NCBI GenBank assembly: GCA_034530875.2
Contig: JAVRCJ020000043.1
Coordinates: forward strand, 1-55,665
DNA from: Nostoc sp. DedSLP01
GTDB taxonomy: Bacteria > Cyanobacteriota > Cyanobacteriia > Cyanobacteriales > Nostocaceae
Reading direction: 5' to 3'
Length of the DNA: 55,665 nt
Shown: positions 1 through 11,745 of the stretch, in pieces
How positions within the stretch are numbered: the stretch's first letter is position 1
Layout of the letters: each line of letters starts with the position of its first letter
Made by a program: the position numbers and the translations under genes
Notes under the pieces: generated by a model
Seen by the model: only the letters and a program-made list of their open reading frames with translations
Told to the model about the DNA's origin: nothing
The model's database searches: none

Positions 1-904
<904 letters not shown>

Positions 905-1073
905 GATGAATCGTTTGTAGCTCTTTAGCTGCTCTTTTTTAACCCCAGCTTGGTTATTTTATTTACTTGACGCTGACCACTTGTTGTATAATGGCTTTCA
1001 AACTATAATATTTTCATGGTTCGGTGTCCTGGCGACCTCGCTCTTTTCGCTCGGCTCTCTCAGGCACTTATTC

Positions 1074-1102
1074 AATATAGCGAACCAAATTAAAAGTGTC
1101 AA
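1074..1102 (-). promoter_or_regulatory. rRNA operon sigma70-type promoter
   Basis: On the minus strand TTGACA (1102-1097), 17-bp spacer, TATATT (1079-1074), about 170 bp upstream of the 16S 5' end. Confidence 0.75.
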
Positions 1103-1211
1103 CCACTTCGACAACTTTTTTTGGCCTTTTTTTTAATTGTTTTATAAGCCTTTAATAGCAAGGGTTTTGGGCTATAGTATTCCTGGGAACCGCTAAGGAA
1201 GGAATAAATTT

Positions 1212-2075
1212 GTGAGACATTTTGGTGTTTTGCCGCCCTGGCTAGTTTTAGAACCGCTGTTGCGTGATTGGTTGTTGGAGGATATTGGACGGGGCGATCG
1301 CACTACAAACTCCCTTCTTATAGAAGATTCCACAGCAGGAACAGCCAAGTGGATAGCAAAGGCTCCAGGAATAATTGCTGGCTTTCCAGTTGCAGCTAGA
1401 GTATTTCAGATTTTGAATGAAAATGTGAGTTTTACGGCTGTAACGACTGAAGGCGCAAAATGCGAGCAGGGACAGTTAGTAGCTGAAATTGATGGTTCGC
1501 TAGATGCGTTGCTGATGGGGGAACGGGTAGCGCTGAATTTAGCTATGCGCTTGAGTGGAATCGCCACGTTGACTAATATATATGTAGAGAAAATTGCTGA
1601 TTTGCCTGCTCGGTTGGTGGATACGCGCAAAACTACACCAGGGCTAAGACTTTTGGAAAAGTATGCAACTGCTTTGGGTGGGGCAATTAATCATCGTATG
1701 GGGTTGGATGATGCGGTGATGATTAAGGATAATCACATTGCAGCGGCTGGGGGAATTGGGGAAGCTATTAGCCGGGTTCGTTCTCAGATTCCTTATCCTT
1801 TGACAATAGAAGTAGAGACGGAAAGTTTAGAACAAGTGAAAGAAGCTTTGCAGAATCAAGCTGACATTATTATGTTGGACAATATGCGTTTGGATATGAT
1901 GCGTGAGGCGGTGCAATTGATTCGTCAGCAGGATAGGCGGGTGAAAATTGAGGCTTCAGGCAATGTGACTTTGGAGACTATTCGCTCTGTTGCTGAGACG
2001 GGTGTGGATTATATTTCTACGAGTGCGCCGATTACTCAATCGAAGTGGTTGGATTTGAGTATGAGGATTTTATAG
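1212..2075 (+). CDS. nadC: Quinolinate phosphoribosyltransferase (nicotinate-nucleotide diphosphorylase)
   Basis: Motifs EDIGRGDRTT, ERVALN, DTRKTTPG, HRMGLDDAVMIKDNH, IEVE, IMLDN, EASG. Confidence 0.96.
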   Translation: MRHFGVLPPWLVLEPLLRDWLLEDIGRGDRTTNSLLIEDSTAGTAKWIAKAPGIIAGFPVAARVFQILNENVSFTAVTTEGAKCEQGQLVAEIDGSLDALLMGERVALNLAMRLSGIATLTNIYVEKIADLPARLVDTRKTTPGLRLLEKYATALGGAINHRMGLDDAVMIKDNHIAAAGGIGEAISRVRSQIPYPLTIEVETESLEQVKEALQNQADIIMLDNMRLDMMREAVQLIRQQDRRVKIEASGNVTLETIRSVAETGVDYISTSAPITQSKWLDLSMRIL

Positions 2076-2187
2076 TAATTACCTTTGATTTTTAAACTAT
2101 TTTGTACTCACAGATAGGATTTTAATTAGACTACGATGTGAAATAACAACAGTATCGAAAAAGCGATCGCTCACCCATCTCTAACAA

Positions 2188-2387
2188 TCACCTGATTGGG
2201 GGTGCGTTTCGAGTTAAGCGAGGAAGAACTACAAATTTATCGTCCTGATGGCGATCGCTTTCTGACTCATTTGGAACTCAACCAACAACTACAACAAGAA
2301 AAAGAACGAGCCGAACAAGCCGAGGCCCAGTTAGAAGCTTTACATGCTCTACTGAAAGAACGCGGAATTAATCCAGAGCAATTGTGA
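2188..2387 (+). pseudogene. C-terminal remnant of a Uma2-family (putative restriction endonuclease-like) protein
   Basis: LGVRFEL...LQIYRPDGDRFLT...EKERAEQAE...LKERGINPEQL is the typical cyanobacterial Uma2 C-terminus. The upstream TCACCTGATTGGGG looks like SPRLG with a 1-nt deletion. No N-terminal nuclease domain. Confidence 0.65.
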
Positions 2388-2522
2388 CGTAATTTTAATT
2401 ACAAGTTTAAATAATAACTAAGGTTACAAATCTATCCTTATATTCCTGATTTTTACCTTAAGTAAGTGGTTTTTTAGAATCAAAGTAGGAGATAATTTTC
2501 CCAAAACACAGGGTGAACTCCA

Positions 2523-4301
2523 TTGGTTCAGCAACCAGAACTCCGAGAAACTTCGTTAATGCAATCAATCCAGCGTGTGCTGGTTAGTTTGAGTACTTAC
2601 CGATGGACTTCGCTGGGAGCATTGGTAAGCTTATTGCTATTGACGATCGCTAACGCGGTTACCCCGCAACTATTTCGCTGGGGAATCGATCGCGGGATTA
2701 GCGAAAAAAACTTAGAAGTTGTACTAGCTAGCGCTGGCTGGATGGTAGTCGCCGCGATCGCTCGTGGTTTATTTAACTTTGGGCAAAGCTATTTAGCAGA
2801 GGCGGCCTCTCAAGGTGTAGCTTACGATCTGCGAAACAAAATTTTTAGCAAAATTCAAAATCTCAGTTTCAGCTATCACGACCAAGCGCAGACTTCCCAA
2901 CTGTTAACTCGCGTCACCAGCGACATCGAGCAAATCCGTGCATTTGTCGGTACTAGCCTGATTCAGGTCGTTGGTGGAGTTGTGACATTGGTGAGTATTG
3001 CAGTGGTTTTGCTGGTGATGAACTGGAAATTGGCACTGATTACTCTGACAGTGGTACCATTAACCGCATGGTTAATGGCGCGATTCGTCACTCGGAATAA
3101 CAAACTTTTTCGGCAAGTACAAGAGCAACTTAGCGACCTCAACGCCGTATTACAAGAGAACTTAACAGGAATACGCGTGGTGAAAGCCTTTGTGAGGGAG
3201 TCCGCTGAAAGGTCGCGTTACACGACCTTGAATGATGGGCTAGTTAAGGCAAACATGAAAACCATTATCGCCATCCGTAATACCTTTCCGTTTATCTTTT
3301 TGTTAAGCAATTTGGTAACGCTAGCGGTTTTTGGCTATGGGGGAGCAGAGGTAGTTGGAAATAGATTCTCTATTGGCGAACTGGTGGCGTTTAACTCCTA
3401 CCTAGCGTTGATTCTGCAACCAATTTTGATAATTGGATTTGCTGCACCTGCGATCGCTCAATCAGCTGCTTCAGCCGAACGGGTTTACGAAGTTGTGGAC
3501 GCAGAGATAGAAATTCGCGATCGCCCTGATGCCATTCCTTTTGATACCTGCGGTGGTAGAATCACCTTTGAAAATGTTTCCTTTCGCTATCCGGGAGCAA
3601 GTACAGAAACTCTCAAAGAAGTTTCCTTTGAAACCAAGCCCAAGGAACTAATCGCAGTTCTGGGGATGACTGGTTCCGGAAAAAGCACAATTATGAACTT
3701 GATTGCCCGCTTTTATGATGTCACAAAGGGAGCAATTCGCATTGATGGGCGGGATGTACGAGATTTTAACCTGAAAAGCCTTAGATCTCGGATTGGTATT
3801 GTCTTCCAGGAAACGACACTATTCTCTGGGACAATTCGTGAAAATATCAGCTATGCAAAACCGAATGCAACCTTAGAAGAAGTGATTCAGGTGGCAAAAA
3901 CTGCACAAATACACGATTTTATTATTAGTCTGCCCGATGGCTACGAGACGATTGTTGGGGAACGTGGTGTAGGGTTGTCTGGCGGGCAAAAACAAAGAAT
4001 TGCGATCGCCCGTACCTTACTCACTGATTACAGTATTTTGATTTTGGACGATAGTACCTCTGCTGTGGATGCCAAAACTGCTGCCCAAATTCAAGCCGAG
4101 TTAGATGGTTTCATGCGCCAAAAAGCTTGTACAACTTTTGTGGTGGCTCAACGCATTAGCACTGTCAAGAATGCCGATCGCATTTTTCTGATGGACAAAG
4201 GACGATTGGTAGCACAAGGGACTCACGAAGAATTGATGCAAAGCAGCCCGCTTTACGGCGCAATTTTGGAATCTCAGGTAAAGCAAAAGGAGAACAAATG
4301 A
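2523..4301 (+). CDS. Heterodimeric ABC exporter subunit A (TMD+NBD); alternative ATG start at 2559
   Basis: TM domain, Walker A GMTGSGKST, signature LSGGQKQR. Degenerate Walker B ILDD and switch AQR, as in TM287/288-type heterodimers. Confidence 0.92.
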   Translation: MVQQPELRETSLMQSIQRVLVSLSTYRWTSLGALVSLLLLTIANAVTPQLFRWGIDRGISEKNLEVVLASAGWMVVAAIARGLFNFGQSYLAEAASQGVAYDLRNKIFSKIQNLSFSYHDQAQTSQLLTRVTSDIEQIRAFVGTSLIQVVGGVVTLVSIAVVLLVMNWKLALITLTVVPLTAWLMARFVTRNNKLFRQVQEQLSDLNAVLQENLTGIRVVKAFVRESAERSRYTTLNDGLVKANMKTIIAIRNTFPFIFLLSNLVTLAVFGYGGAEVVGNRFSIGELVAFNSYLALILQPILIIGFAAPAIAQSAASAERVYEVVDAEIEIRDRPDAIPFDTCGGRITFENVSFRYPGASTETLKEVSFETKPKELIAVLGMTGSGKSTIMNLIARFYDVTKGAIRIDGRDVRDFNLKSLRSRIGIVFQETTLFSGTIRENISYAKPNATLEEVIQVAKTAQIHDFIISLPDGYETIVGERGVGLSGGQKQRIAIARTLLTDYSILILDDSTSAVDAKTAAQIQAELDGFMRQKACTTFVVAQRISTVKNADRIFLMDKGRLVAQGTHEELMQSSPLYGAILESQVKQKENK

Positions 4302-6109
4302 GAACCACAGCTGCGGTTGTTGTATCCCACGAACAAGCTAGCAAGCAAGGCTCCACCCTACAGCGCTTTTTGCAATACTTAAAACCTTATCGTAAAGAGA
4401 TTCCCATTGCGATCGCATTGGTTTTCACAGGTGCCGTCACCCAAGCAATCGGGCCATTTTTGCTCGGATGGTCGATTGATAACCTCATTGCTAAGGGAAA
4501 TTTACAGGGACTATTGCTGTTATTAGGGCTACTAGCTCTAAATTACGCAGTTGGTGGCTTTGCAATCCGGGGTCAAATTATTCGAGTCGGCTCGATTATG
4601 CAGCGATTGCTGGCTCAACTCAGGCAAGATATTTTCACTAAAATCCAAAGTTTACCCCTGAGCTTTTTTGACCGCAGCGAAGCTGGCGATTTAATGAGCC
4701 GCTTGCTGAATGATGTCAACACCGTAAATCAGGCATTTGGACTGACAATCGCTCAAATGCTGGGTAATACTTTCAGTTTAATCGGCATTGTGATTGCAAT
4801 GCTCTCGATTAACCTGCAACTTGGCTTGTTAAGTAACCTAGTAGTGCCGCTGATGATTTTTACTACAAGCTTGTTTGCACGTTGGGCTAGAACCAGATTT
4901 CGTGTGACGCGGCAAACTATTGGAGAACTTTCTGCCAAGTTGGAAGAGGACATTGGTAGCGTGCGAGAAGCGCAGGCATTTAATCGCGTCCAGCTCAATA
5001 TTGCAGAATTCGAGGTTCTTAACGCCGCCAATCGTGATGCTAATGTGCAAGCTGTGGCAATTACTTCGGCCTTTTTGCCGTCCATCGATTTTCTGAATAC
5101 GCTAGCAACGGCAGGTGTGCTGGCTTACGGTGGTTATCTGGCGGTGACGGGAGGTGCAACAGTTGGTGTTGTGACATCGTTTTTACTTTACGTACAGCAA
5201 TTCTTTCGCCCTATCCAAATTCTCAGCCAATTTTACACCCAAGCTCAATCTGCATTCGCTGGATTAGAGCGAATCTTTCTATTGCTGGATGAACCTTTAC
5301 AACTCCAAGATGCGTCTGATGCCAAGGAAATGCCACCGATTCAAGGTGAAGTAAGATTTGAAAATGTCAAGTTTGGCTACAATCCCGGGCAACTAGTTCT
5401 CAAAGGCATTAATTTACATGCTTACCCTGGACAGATGATTGCGTTAGTAGGGGGAACGGGTTCGGGAAAAAGTACAATTATCAACTTGATTTTGCGCTTT
5501 TACGATGTCTCTGATGGCGCTGTTAAAATTGATGATATTGATGTCCGTAGTGTTACTCAAGCAAGTCTACGGCGTCAGATTGGTATTGTTCTACAAGATA
5601 ATATTCTCTTCAGCGGCAGCGTTGCTGAAAACATTGCTTTTGGACATCCTTATGCTAGCCAAGCTGATATCGAAGGAGCTGCACAAGCAGCGAATGTCCA
5701 TGAATTTATTACCTCACTACCACAGGGCTATACAACTCGATTGGGTGAAAAAGGCGCTCCCCTGAGTCAGGGACAACGACAACTCATCAGTATTGCTCGT
5801 GCGGTATTAATTAATCCACGAATTCTCATACTCGATGAAGCGACCAGTAGCATCGATACCCGCACAGAAGCGCTAGTTCAAAGTGCGATCGCTCGGTTGC
5901 TGCAAGGCCGTACTAGTTTCGTAATTGCTCACCGCCTCAGTACAGTTACTCAGGCAGACCAAGTGTTAGTAATTCAACAGGGACAAATTGTAGAGCAAGG
6001 CAATCATGCAGAACTCATGCGTCAACAAGGCTTCTATGCAAATCTATATGCCCTGCAATTAGGTGCAGCAGATGAGGGAGATAAGGAGCGACAAATAGAC
6101 CATTTGTAG
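4298..6109 (+). CDS. Heterodimeric ABC exporter subunit B (TMD+NBD)
   Basis: ATGA overlap with the previous gene. Walker A GGTGSGKST, degenerate signature LSQGQRQ, canonical LILDE and AHR. Confidence 0.92.
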   Translation: MRTTAAVVVSHEQASKQGSTLQRFLQYLKPYRKEIPIAIALVFTGAVTQAIGPFLLGWSIDNLIAKGNLQGLLLLLGLLALNYAVGGFAIRGQIIRVGSIMQRLLAQLRQDIFTKIQSLPLSFFDRSEAGDLMSRLLNDVNTVNQAFGLTIAQMLGNTFSLIGIVIAMLSINLQLGLLSNLVVPLMIFTTSLFARWARTRFRVTRQTIGELSAKLEEDIGSVREAQAFNRVQLNIAEFEVLNAANRDANVQAVAITSAFLPSIDFLNTLATAGVLAYGGYLAVTGGATVGVVTSFLLYVQQFFRPIQILSQFYTQAQSAFAGLERIFLLLDEPLQLQDASDAKEMPPIQGEVRFENVKFGYNPGQLVLKGINLHAYPGQMIALVGGTGSGKSTIINLILRFYDVSDGAVKIDDIDVRSVTQASLRRQIGIVLQDNILFSGSVAENIAFGHPYASQADIEGAAQAANVHEFITSLPQGYTTRLGEKGAPLSQGQRQLISIARAVLINPRILILDEATSSIDTRTEALVQSAIARLLQGRTSFVIAHRLSTVTQADQVLVIQQGQIVEQGNHAELMRQQGFYANLYALQLGAADEGDKERQIDHL

Positions 6110-6130
6110 AGACGCGATTCATCGCGTCTT
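6105..6130. repeat. Small palindromic dispersed repeat (GTAGAGACGCGATTCATCGCGTCT family), copy 1, between convergent genes
   Basis: Stem AGACGCGAT/ATCGCGTCT. Related copies at 17117-17146 and 21280-21309. Confidence 0.8.
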
Positions 6131-6135
6131 GACTT

Positions 6136-8775
6136 TCACCCATCTAAATTTTGCAAACCGATCGCAATCTTACTATGTTTTTCAATTTGGCTCATCACTT
6201 GTTTTGCTCGTTGAATCACTACCGCAGGCAAACCCGCTAATCTTCCGGCTTCAATTCCATAAGACTTATCTGCACCTCCTGGTTGGACTTGGTGCAAAAA
6301 GATAATTTGGTCGGGTAATTCTTTCACCGTCACTTGATAGTTAGCCACATTCGGCAAAATAGTAGCAAGTTCGTTTAACTCATGGTAGTGAGTAGCAAAA
6401 ATCGTTCGCGCCCGAATTTCCATTGCAATATATTCTGCCACCGCCCAAGCTATAGAAAGACCATCAAAGGTTGCCGTTCCCCGGCCAATTTCATCTAATA
6501 ATACTAGCGACCTCGATGTGGCATGATTGAGAATATTTGCGGTTTCATTCATTTCCACCATAAATGTAGATTGACCAGTCGCTAAGTCATCCACTGCACC
6601 GACACGGGTGAAAATGCGATCGCATATTCCTAACCTAGCAAATCTAGCTGGTACAAAACTCCCAATTTGCGCCATTAACTGAATTAATCCTACCTGACGC
6701 AAATAACAACTTTTGCCGCTGGCATTTGGCCCGGTGAGGATAATCAAATCGGGGAATGGGGAGTGGGGAGTGGGGAGTGGGGAAATTTCTTCTTCACTAC
6801 TCCCTACTCCCGATTCCCTACTCCCTAATTCTGTCGAATTCGGCACAAAGAACCCCGCAGGTAAAGACTGTTCTACAACTGGATGACGACCATCAACAAT
6901 GTTGATTTCCCTTCCTGACACCATTTCTGGACGACAGTAACCTTGCTGCACCGCCAATTCTGCTAAACCACACAACACATCCGCCGCCGCTACTGCACGA
7001 GAAAGATTGCGAATTACTTGGGCTTGTTCTGCGACTTCTTCCCGCAACGCCGAAAAAATCTCATATTCCAACTGATTCAAATCATCCCGCGCTGTGAGTA
7101 TTCTGGCTTCGCGTTCTTTTAGGTCTGGGGTAATGTAACGTTCTTCATTGGTGAGGGTTTGCTTGCGGATGTAATTAGCGGGTACTTGGTCGGCTTTAGC
7201 GCGGGAAATGCTGATATAGTAACCAAAGGTTTTGTTAAATCCTACCTTTAATGTGGGAATTCCCGTCTTCGCTCTTTCGTCAACTTCCAAATTAGCAATC
7301 CATTGTTGGTCTGCTTCTACAGTCGCTTTCCTATCATCTAACAGGGAATTCACACCAGGACGAATTAATCCGCCTTCTTTGATATGTATTGGTGGCGATT
7401 CTACAAGATGGGCGTGTAATTTTTCTGCCAATTCTGACAAAATTGGCGGTACTTTTTGCAAAGCTTTCAAAAATGGAGAACGGGCATCTGCAACTAAGCC
7501 GGACAATTCCGGTAAACGTGAAAGGGAATCTGCCAAAGCTGCTAAATCTCTCGCATTAGCACTACCAGAACCCGCCCTTCCCGTCAGCCGTTCCAAGTCG
7601 TAGATTTGCCGCAACAACTGTCGCAAATCTTGACGCAGGGGTGTATTTTCCATCAATTCTTCGATGGTATCTTGTCGCGCCCGAATGCCTTTAATATCAA
7701 TTAATGGTTGCAATAACCACCGCCGCAAAGCACGCCCACCCATTGCTGTACTTGTTCTATCTAATGCCCACAGTAGGGAACCGTGAAATGTGCCATCACG
7801 GACTGTTTGGGTAATTTCTAGGTTGCGCCGGGTTTGATTATCTACGATTAGATAGTCAGTAACGGTGTAAGTACGAAGTCTTTGCAGGGAGACTGGGTTT
7901 TCTTTTTGGGTATCTTCCAAGTATTCTAGAAGACCGCCAGCCGCACGAACGGCGAGGGGAAGATGGTCGCAACCGAGTCCTTCAAGCGATCGCAGTTTGA
8001 ATTTCTGTAATAATCTTGGTCTAGCTTCGCCTTGAGAAAAAGGAAGTTGCGATCGCAAACTATAACAAAATGCTGGCGGCAGACACTCTGGAAGATGCGG
8101 CGAAGTTTCTCCCGGACGCAGCAAACTACCCAAATCAGGCGCATTTGTGGGAACTAGCACCTCCGCAGGCTGCAAGCGCATTAATTCTTGCGTCAGATGT
8201 TCTAAATCGCTGCTTTGAGTAGTGAGGAATTCTCCTGTGGAGATATCTGCATAAGCTAAACCCCAATGATTTGCGGCAATTACCACTGCTACCAGGTAAT
8301 TATTGCGACTTGATTTGAGCATTCCCTCTTCCAGCAAAGTGCCAGGAGTGAGGACGCGCGTTACCTCCCGCCGTACCAATCTGCCGGTAGCTTCTGCTGC
8401 ATCTTCCACTTGGTCGCAAATTACCACAGCATAGCCTTTTTCGACTAGCATCGTTGCGTAGCGTTCCCAAGCGTGATGCGGAACGCCGGACATGGCTACC
8501 CGTCCTTGTTCCCCAGCCTGCTTGCTAGTGAGGACTAATTCTAATTCTTGTGCTAGTTTGACAGCATCTTGAAAATAACATTCAAAAAAATCTCCTACTC
8601 GATACAGCAACATCGCGTGAGGATATTTATCCTTCGTCTCGACATAATGCAGGTACATTTGACTTAGCTTACTGCGGTCTACCTGTCGATGGTCAGAAAT
8701 AAAAGTACTGGCATCGGCTTTGGTAGATGGAGTTTCAGAGTGAGAGGCGGTCATAGATGCTATCGAGTTACGCAC
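6136..8775 (-). CDS. mutS: DNA mismatch repair protein MutS (likely start ATG 8754)
   Basis: GDFFECY mismatch-binding motif, TGPNASGKS Walker [37 protein letters not shown]. Confidence 0.97.
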   Translation of the reverse strand: MRNSIASMTASHSETPSTKADASTFISDHRQVDRSKLSQMYLHYVETKDKYPHAMLLYRVGDFFECYFQDAVKLAQELELVLTSKQAGEQGRVAMSGVPHHAWERYATMLVEKGYAVVICDQVEDAAEATGRLVRREVTRVLTPGTLLEEGMLKSSRNNYLVAVVIAANHWGLAYADISTGEFLTTQSSDLEHLTQELMRLQPAEVLVPTNAPDLGSLLRPGETSPHLPECLPPAFCYSLRSQLPFSQGEARPRLLQKFKLRSLEGLGCDHLPLAVRAAGGLLEYLEDTQKENPVSLQRLRTYTVTDYLIVDNQTRRNLEITQTVRDGTFHGSLLWALDRTSTAMGGRALRRWLLQPLIDIKGIRARQDTIEELMENTPLRQDLRQLLRQIYDLERLTGRAGSGSANARDLAALADSLSRLPELSGLVADARSPFLKALQKVPPILSELAEKLHAHLVESPPIHIKEGGLIRPGVNSLLDDRKATVEADQQWIANLEVDERAKTGIPTLKVGFNKTFGYYISISRAKADQVPANYIRKQTLTNEERYITPDLKEREARILTARDDLNQLEYEIFSALREEVAEQAQVIRNLSRAVAAADVLCGLAELAVQQGYCRPEMVSGREINIVDGRHPVVEQSLPAGFFVPNSTELGSRESGVGSSEEEISPLPTPHSPFPDLIILTGPNASGKSCYLRQVGLIQLMAQIGSFVPARFARLGICDRIFTRVGAVDDLATGQSTFMVEMNETANILNHATSRSLVLLDEIGRGTATFDGLSIAWAVAEYIAMEIRARTIFATHYHELNELATILPNVANYQVTVKELPDQIIFLHQVQPGGADKSYGIEAGRLAGLPAVVIQRAKQVMSQIEKHSKIAIGLQNLDG
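6751..6826. repeat. STRR heptamer inverted array inside mutS (in frame)
   Basis: GGGGAAT-(GGGGAGT)x3 followed by CTACTCC/CGATTCC units. Translates as [25 protein letters not shown]. Confidence 0.8.
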
Positions 8776-8977
8776 GGAAATGCCACAATATCCGATGATA
8801 ACGTGATGTTACAGACAAAGGGCGATCGCTCAAGGTTTTTTTACTCTTTTGTGCGATGGCTTTGACCTATATCTTGGTAGAGTGCGTTATACCAACCCAT
8901 CTGTTACTTAAAGCAAAAGAGCACCTGTGACTTCCAGTCCCAGGCGTGCAAGATATGAGCAACTAAATAAAAGTCTT

Positions 8978-9066
8978 ATACCAATTCTCCAAAATCAGGC
9001 AACAGATGCAAATCACAAAAGGCTTGCAGCATCTAAGTTTCTTGATTGCGAATTGCGAATTGGTAT
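8978..9066. mobile_element. Short MITE-like repeat with terminal inverted repeats
   Basis: ATACCAATTC...GAATTGGTAT ends. A related left portion (ACACCAATTCTCCAAAATGATGCAACAGAT) occurs at ~39035-39064. Confidence 0.55.
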
Positions 9067-9488
9067 TATTCACTATGACTTTAAGATTAAGTATTTAGAT
9101 TGAGTTTTTAACATTAAAAATATAGTTAACTAAGAAGGTGGAAGCTGTAGCGCTTCGCGTAATTCGTCATTCGTCATTCGTAATTACTGTTGCGTAAGGG
9201 TTTTAGGCATTTAAAATGGTATGTTTATTTCCACGCCCGCTGTACTAGTTAGTTTGTAGATAGATACCCACTGTATAAATAGGTTTTTCAACAACTGTAC
9301 AAGCTTGCAACCTAAATCCTGCTAAAGCTGAGTAAATAAGCGATCGGCCATTGGAATAGGCTGAAACTCGCCTGGAAACAAGAAGATTTTCAAGAGATTC
9401 TATGCAACGTCGGCTCAGGTTAAGTTTGTTCGCTTCCCTTTGGGCTGACTCGCTTCACTAGCATTGCTTGTATTAGCTGGAAGAGGTC

Positions 9489-9974
9489 ATGATGTTTCTC
9501 AGAATCTGGCGTTTCATTACAATTATTCTTGTAGCATTGTTTATGGGATTGGAATTTGCCCATACTTTAGAACTGCCTGCCAAAATGCAGTACGATGGGG
9601 CGCTTTATGTGACGATTCAGAATAGCCTGTACCGTTATTTTGGCGCGCCAGGGCCGGGAGCGTTTATTACTGTGGGTGCAGTCCTGTGTGCCCTCGCACT
9701 CACCGTTCTGGTGCGAAAACGCCGACCTGCTTTTTGGTGGACATTAGCAGGTACAGTGTGTCTAGCGATCGCTTTTCCCCTCATCTATTTTCTACGGATT
9801 GAGCATGTCAATATTGCGATTAGACAGGCCAATGCAGGTTCATTACCAACTGATTGGCAACAGCTAAGGAACCAGTGGGAATATGCTCATGCCACAAACT
9901 TTGGTTTGAGTTTAGCTGGTTTGGGTGCAATATTAATGTCTGTTCTGGATGATTCACCTGGGCATCAAAACTAA
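9489..9974 (+). CDS. DUF1772 / anthrone-oxygenase-like membrane protein
   Basis: Four hydrophobic segments, AHTLELPAK and W..LR.QWEY.H motifs, GAGG RBS upstream. Confidence 0.7.
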   Translation: MMFLRIWRFITIILVALFMGLEFAHTLELPAKMQYDGALYVTIQNSLYRYFGAPGPGAFITVGAVLCALALTVLVRKRRPAFWWTLAGTVCLAIAFPLIYFLRIEHVNIAIRQANAGSLPTDWQQLRNQWEYAHATNFGLSLAGLGAILMSVLDDSPGHQN

Positions 9975-10183
9975 ACCTGGGCTTGTGTAACAGATGCTGA
10001 GGCGATCGCCTCAGCATACTACCGATTGAAGTCAGAAGATGAAAAGAATTTTAATCAGTTACCGATCTTTATAATATTGAGATTTTCTCAGACTTTAGAT
10101 AGTAAAGCAATCATCCAGCTAGAAGATAGCAAAAGACATAACTGAATATTAAGATTAGAAAAATACAAAAACAATGTGTTTTC

Positions 10184-10215
10184 CCCGCTAAGCATAGACT
10201 TAGCGGGTTTATTTA
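10184..10215 (+). terminator. Probable intrinsic terminator
   Basis: CCCGCTAAG-6nt-CTTAGCGGG stem followed by TTTATTT. Confidence 0.5.
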
Positions 10216-10402
10216 TCGAACCAATCAGGTCTAAAACCTTGCCTTGTTACAAAAACGGCCTCCTGCCTTCGTTAAGCGATTATCAGCGGATTTAAGCATG
10301 AGGCTACAACTTGAAGCTGGATAATTGGCGAATCTAAATGCCCTTTTCCTGAGGACAGTGGAAAATAAAGATAAATAATAACGATTCTGGGCGCCATCCT
10401 CC

Positions 10403-11542
10403 ATGAGTTATTGCCTTAATCCCCGTTGTCTGAAGCCTGAAAATTCTGGTAATGTCAAGTTTTGCTCGACTTGCGGTTCTAAATTACTTCTCAAAGAGCG
10501 ATACCGTGCTATTAAACCAATAGGCCAAGGCGGTTTTGGCAGAACTTTTTTAGCTGTGGATGAAGATAAACCATCAAAACCGCGCTGTGTAATTAAGCAA
10601 TTTTATCCCCAAGCCCAAGGCACTAATACCGTACAAAAAGCCGTGGAGTTATTTAACCAAGAAGCGGTTCAGTTAGATGAATTAGGCAAGCATCCTCAAA
10701 TCCCAGAATTACTGGCATATTTTACCCAAGACGATCGCCAATATTTGGTACAAGAATTTATTGATGGGCAAAATTTAGCCCAAGAACTAGCACGTAAAGG
10801 TGCTTTTAGTGAAGCACAAATCTGGCAATTACTCCATGACTTATTACCAGTATTGCAATTTTGTCACGCTAGACAAGTAATTCACCGCGATATTAAACCG
10901 GAAAATATTATTTTACGTAACACCGATGGCAAATTAGTTTTAGTAGATTTTGGTGCTTCTAAATCTGCTACTGGCACTGCCTTAAATAGAACTGGTACTA
11001 GTATTGGTAGTCCTGAATATGTCGCGCCAGAACAAATGCGAGGTAGGGCTATTTTTGCCAGTGATATTTATAGTTTGGGCGCTACTTGTATTAATTTATT
11101 AACCAAGCGATCGCCTTTCGATTCTTACGATACAAATAACGATACTTGGATTTGGCAGAAATACTTAAAAATTCCTGTTAGTAATGCATTAAGTCGCATT
11201 TTAAACAAGATGTTACAAAGCATTCCCATGCACCGCTATCAAACAATAGATGCTGTTTTAAAAGACCTAAATCAAAATTTACAACAAACAGCTACACCAG
11301 CAAACGCAGCAACACCTGTTCCTCAACCTCCAGCGAATACTACAGCCCCTTTAGTTACCCAATCTCCTAGCCAAATCGACCTAGAATTAGAGGAAATGAA
11401 AACCCAATTTCTTATTGGCGGTAAACCCCAACAAAACAAAATCCAACAACCAAATTCAACGCCTCAACCTGCTAATAAAACCCAAATAGACCTAGAATTA
11501 GAAGAACTAAAAGCTAAATATCTTGGCAATAACAATCCCTAA
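10403..11542 (+). CDS. Ser/Thr protein kinase with N-terminal 4-Cys zinc-ribbon prefix
   Basis: MSYCLNPRC...CSTCG, GQGGFG, VIKQ, HRDIKPEN, DFG, APE. Confidence 0.95.
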   Translation: MSYCLNPRCLKPENSGNVKFCSTCGSKLLLKERYRAIKPIGQGGFGRTFLAVDEDKPSKPRCVIKQFYPQAQGTNTVQKAVELFNQEAVQLDELGKHPQIPELLAYFTQDDRQYLVQEFIDGQNLAQELARKGAFSEAQIWQLLHDLLPVLQFCHARQVIHRDIKPENIILRNTDGKLVLVDFGASKSATGTALNRTGTSIGSPEYVAPEQMRGRAIFASDIYSLGATCINLLTKRSPFDSYDTNNDTWIWQKYLKIPVSNALSRILNKMLQSIPMHRYQTIDAVLKDLNQNLQQTATPANAATPVPQPPANTTAPLVTQSPSQIDLELEEMKTQFLIGGKPQQNKIQQPNSTPQPANKTQIDLELEELKAKYLGNNNP

Positions 11543-11658
11543 TCACAAAAACTCTGAAAAACTCTCCGCGCCTTTGATGCAAATTTATGAATTTGTGAGA
11601 ATAAAAACTACTAATTCCCTATTATCGAAACAACCGATTCTAAAACCGTACTTCGTCC

Positions 11659-11745
11659 AAAGTTTTTGGAATGGGGTATAAATCCTCGTTACAAAAACGG
11701 CCTCCTGCCTTCTGCCTCCTGCCCCCTGCCTCCTGCCTTCGTTAA
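11659..11745. repeat. Dispersed repeat family (GTTACAAAAACGGCCTCCTGCCTTCGTTA) overlapping the 3' end of the collagen-like gene
   Basis: Near-identical copies at ~10246-10275 and 14820-14878. This copy has an expanded CTGCC(T/C)(C/T) heptamer tract. Confidence 0.75.

Noticed and set aside
1212..2075. nadC as part of the nickel-pincer system (NPN derives from nicotinic acid adenine dinucleotide)
   Set aside because: nadC is a core NAD gene about 13 kb away with unrelated genes between. There is no evidence of linkage.
9994..10017. Perfect 24-bp palindrome ATGCTGAGGCGATCGCCTCAGCAT
   Set aside because: It is centred on HIP1 just after a stop codon and is most simply a 3' stem-loop. There is no second copy in the window.
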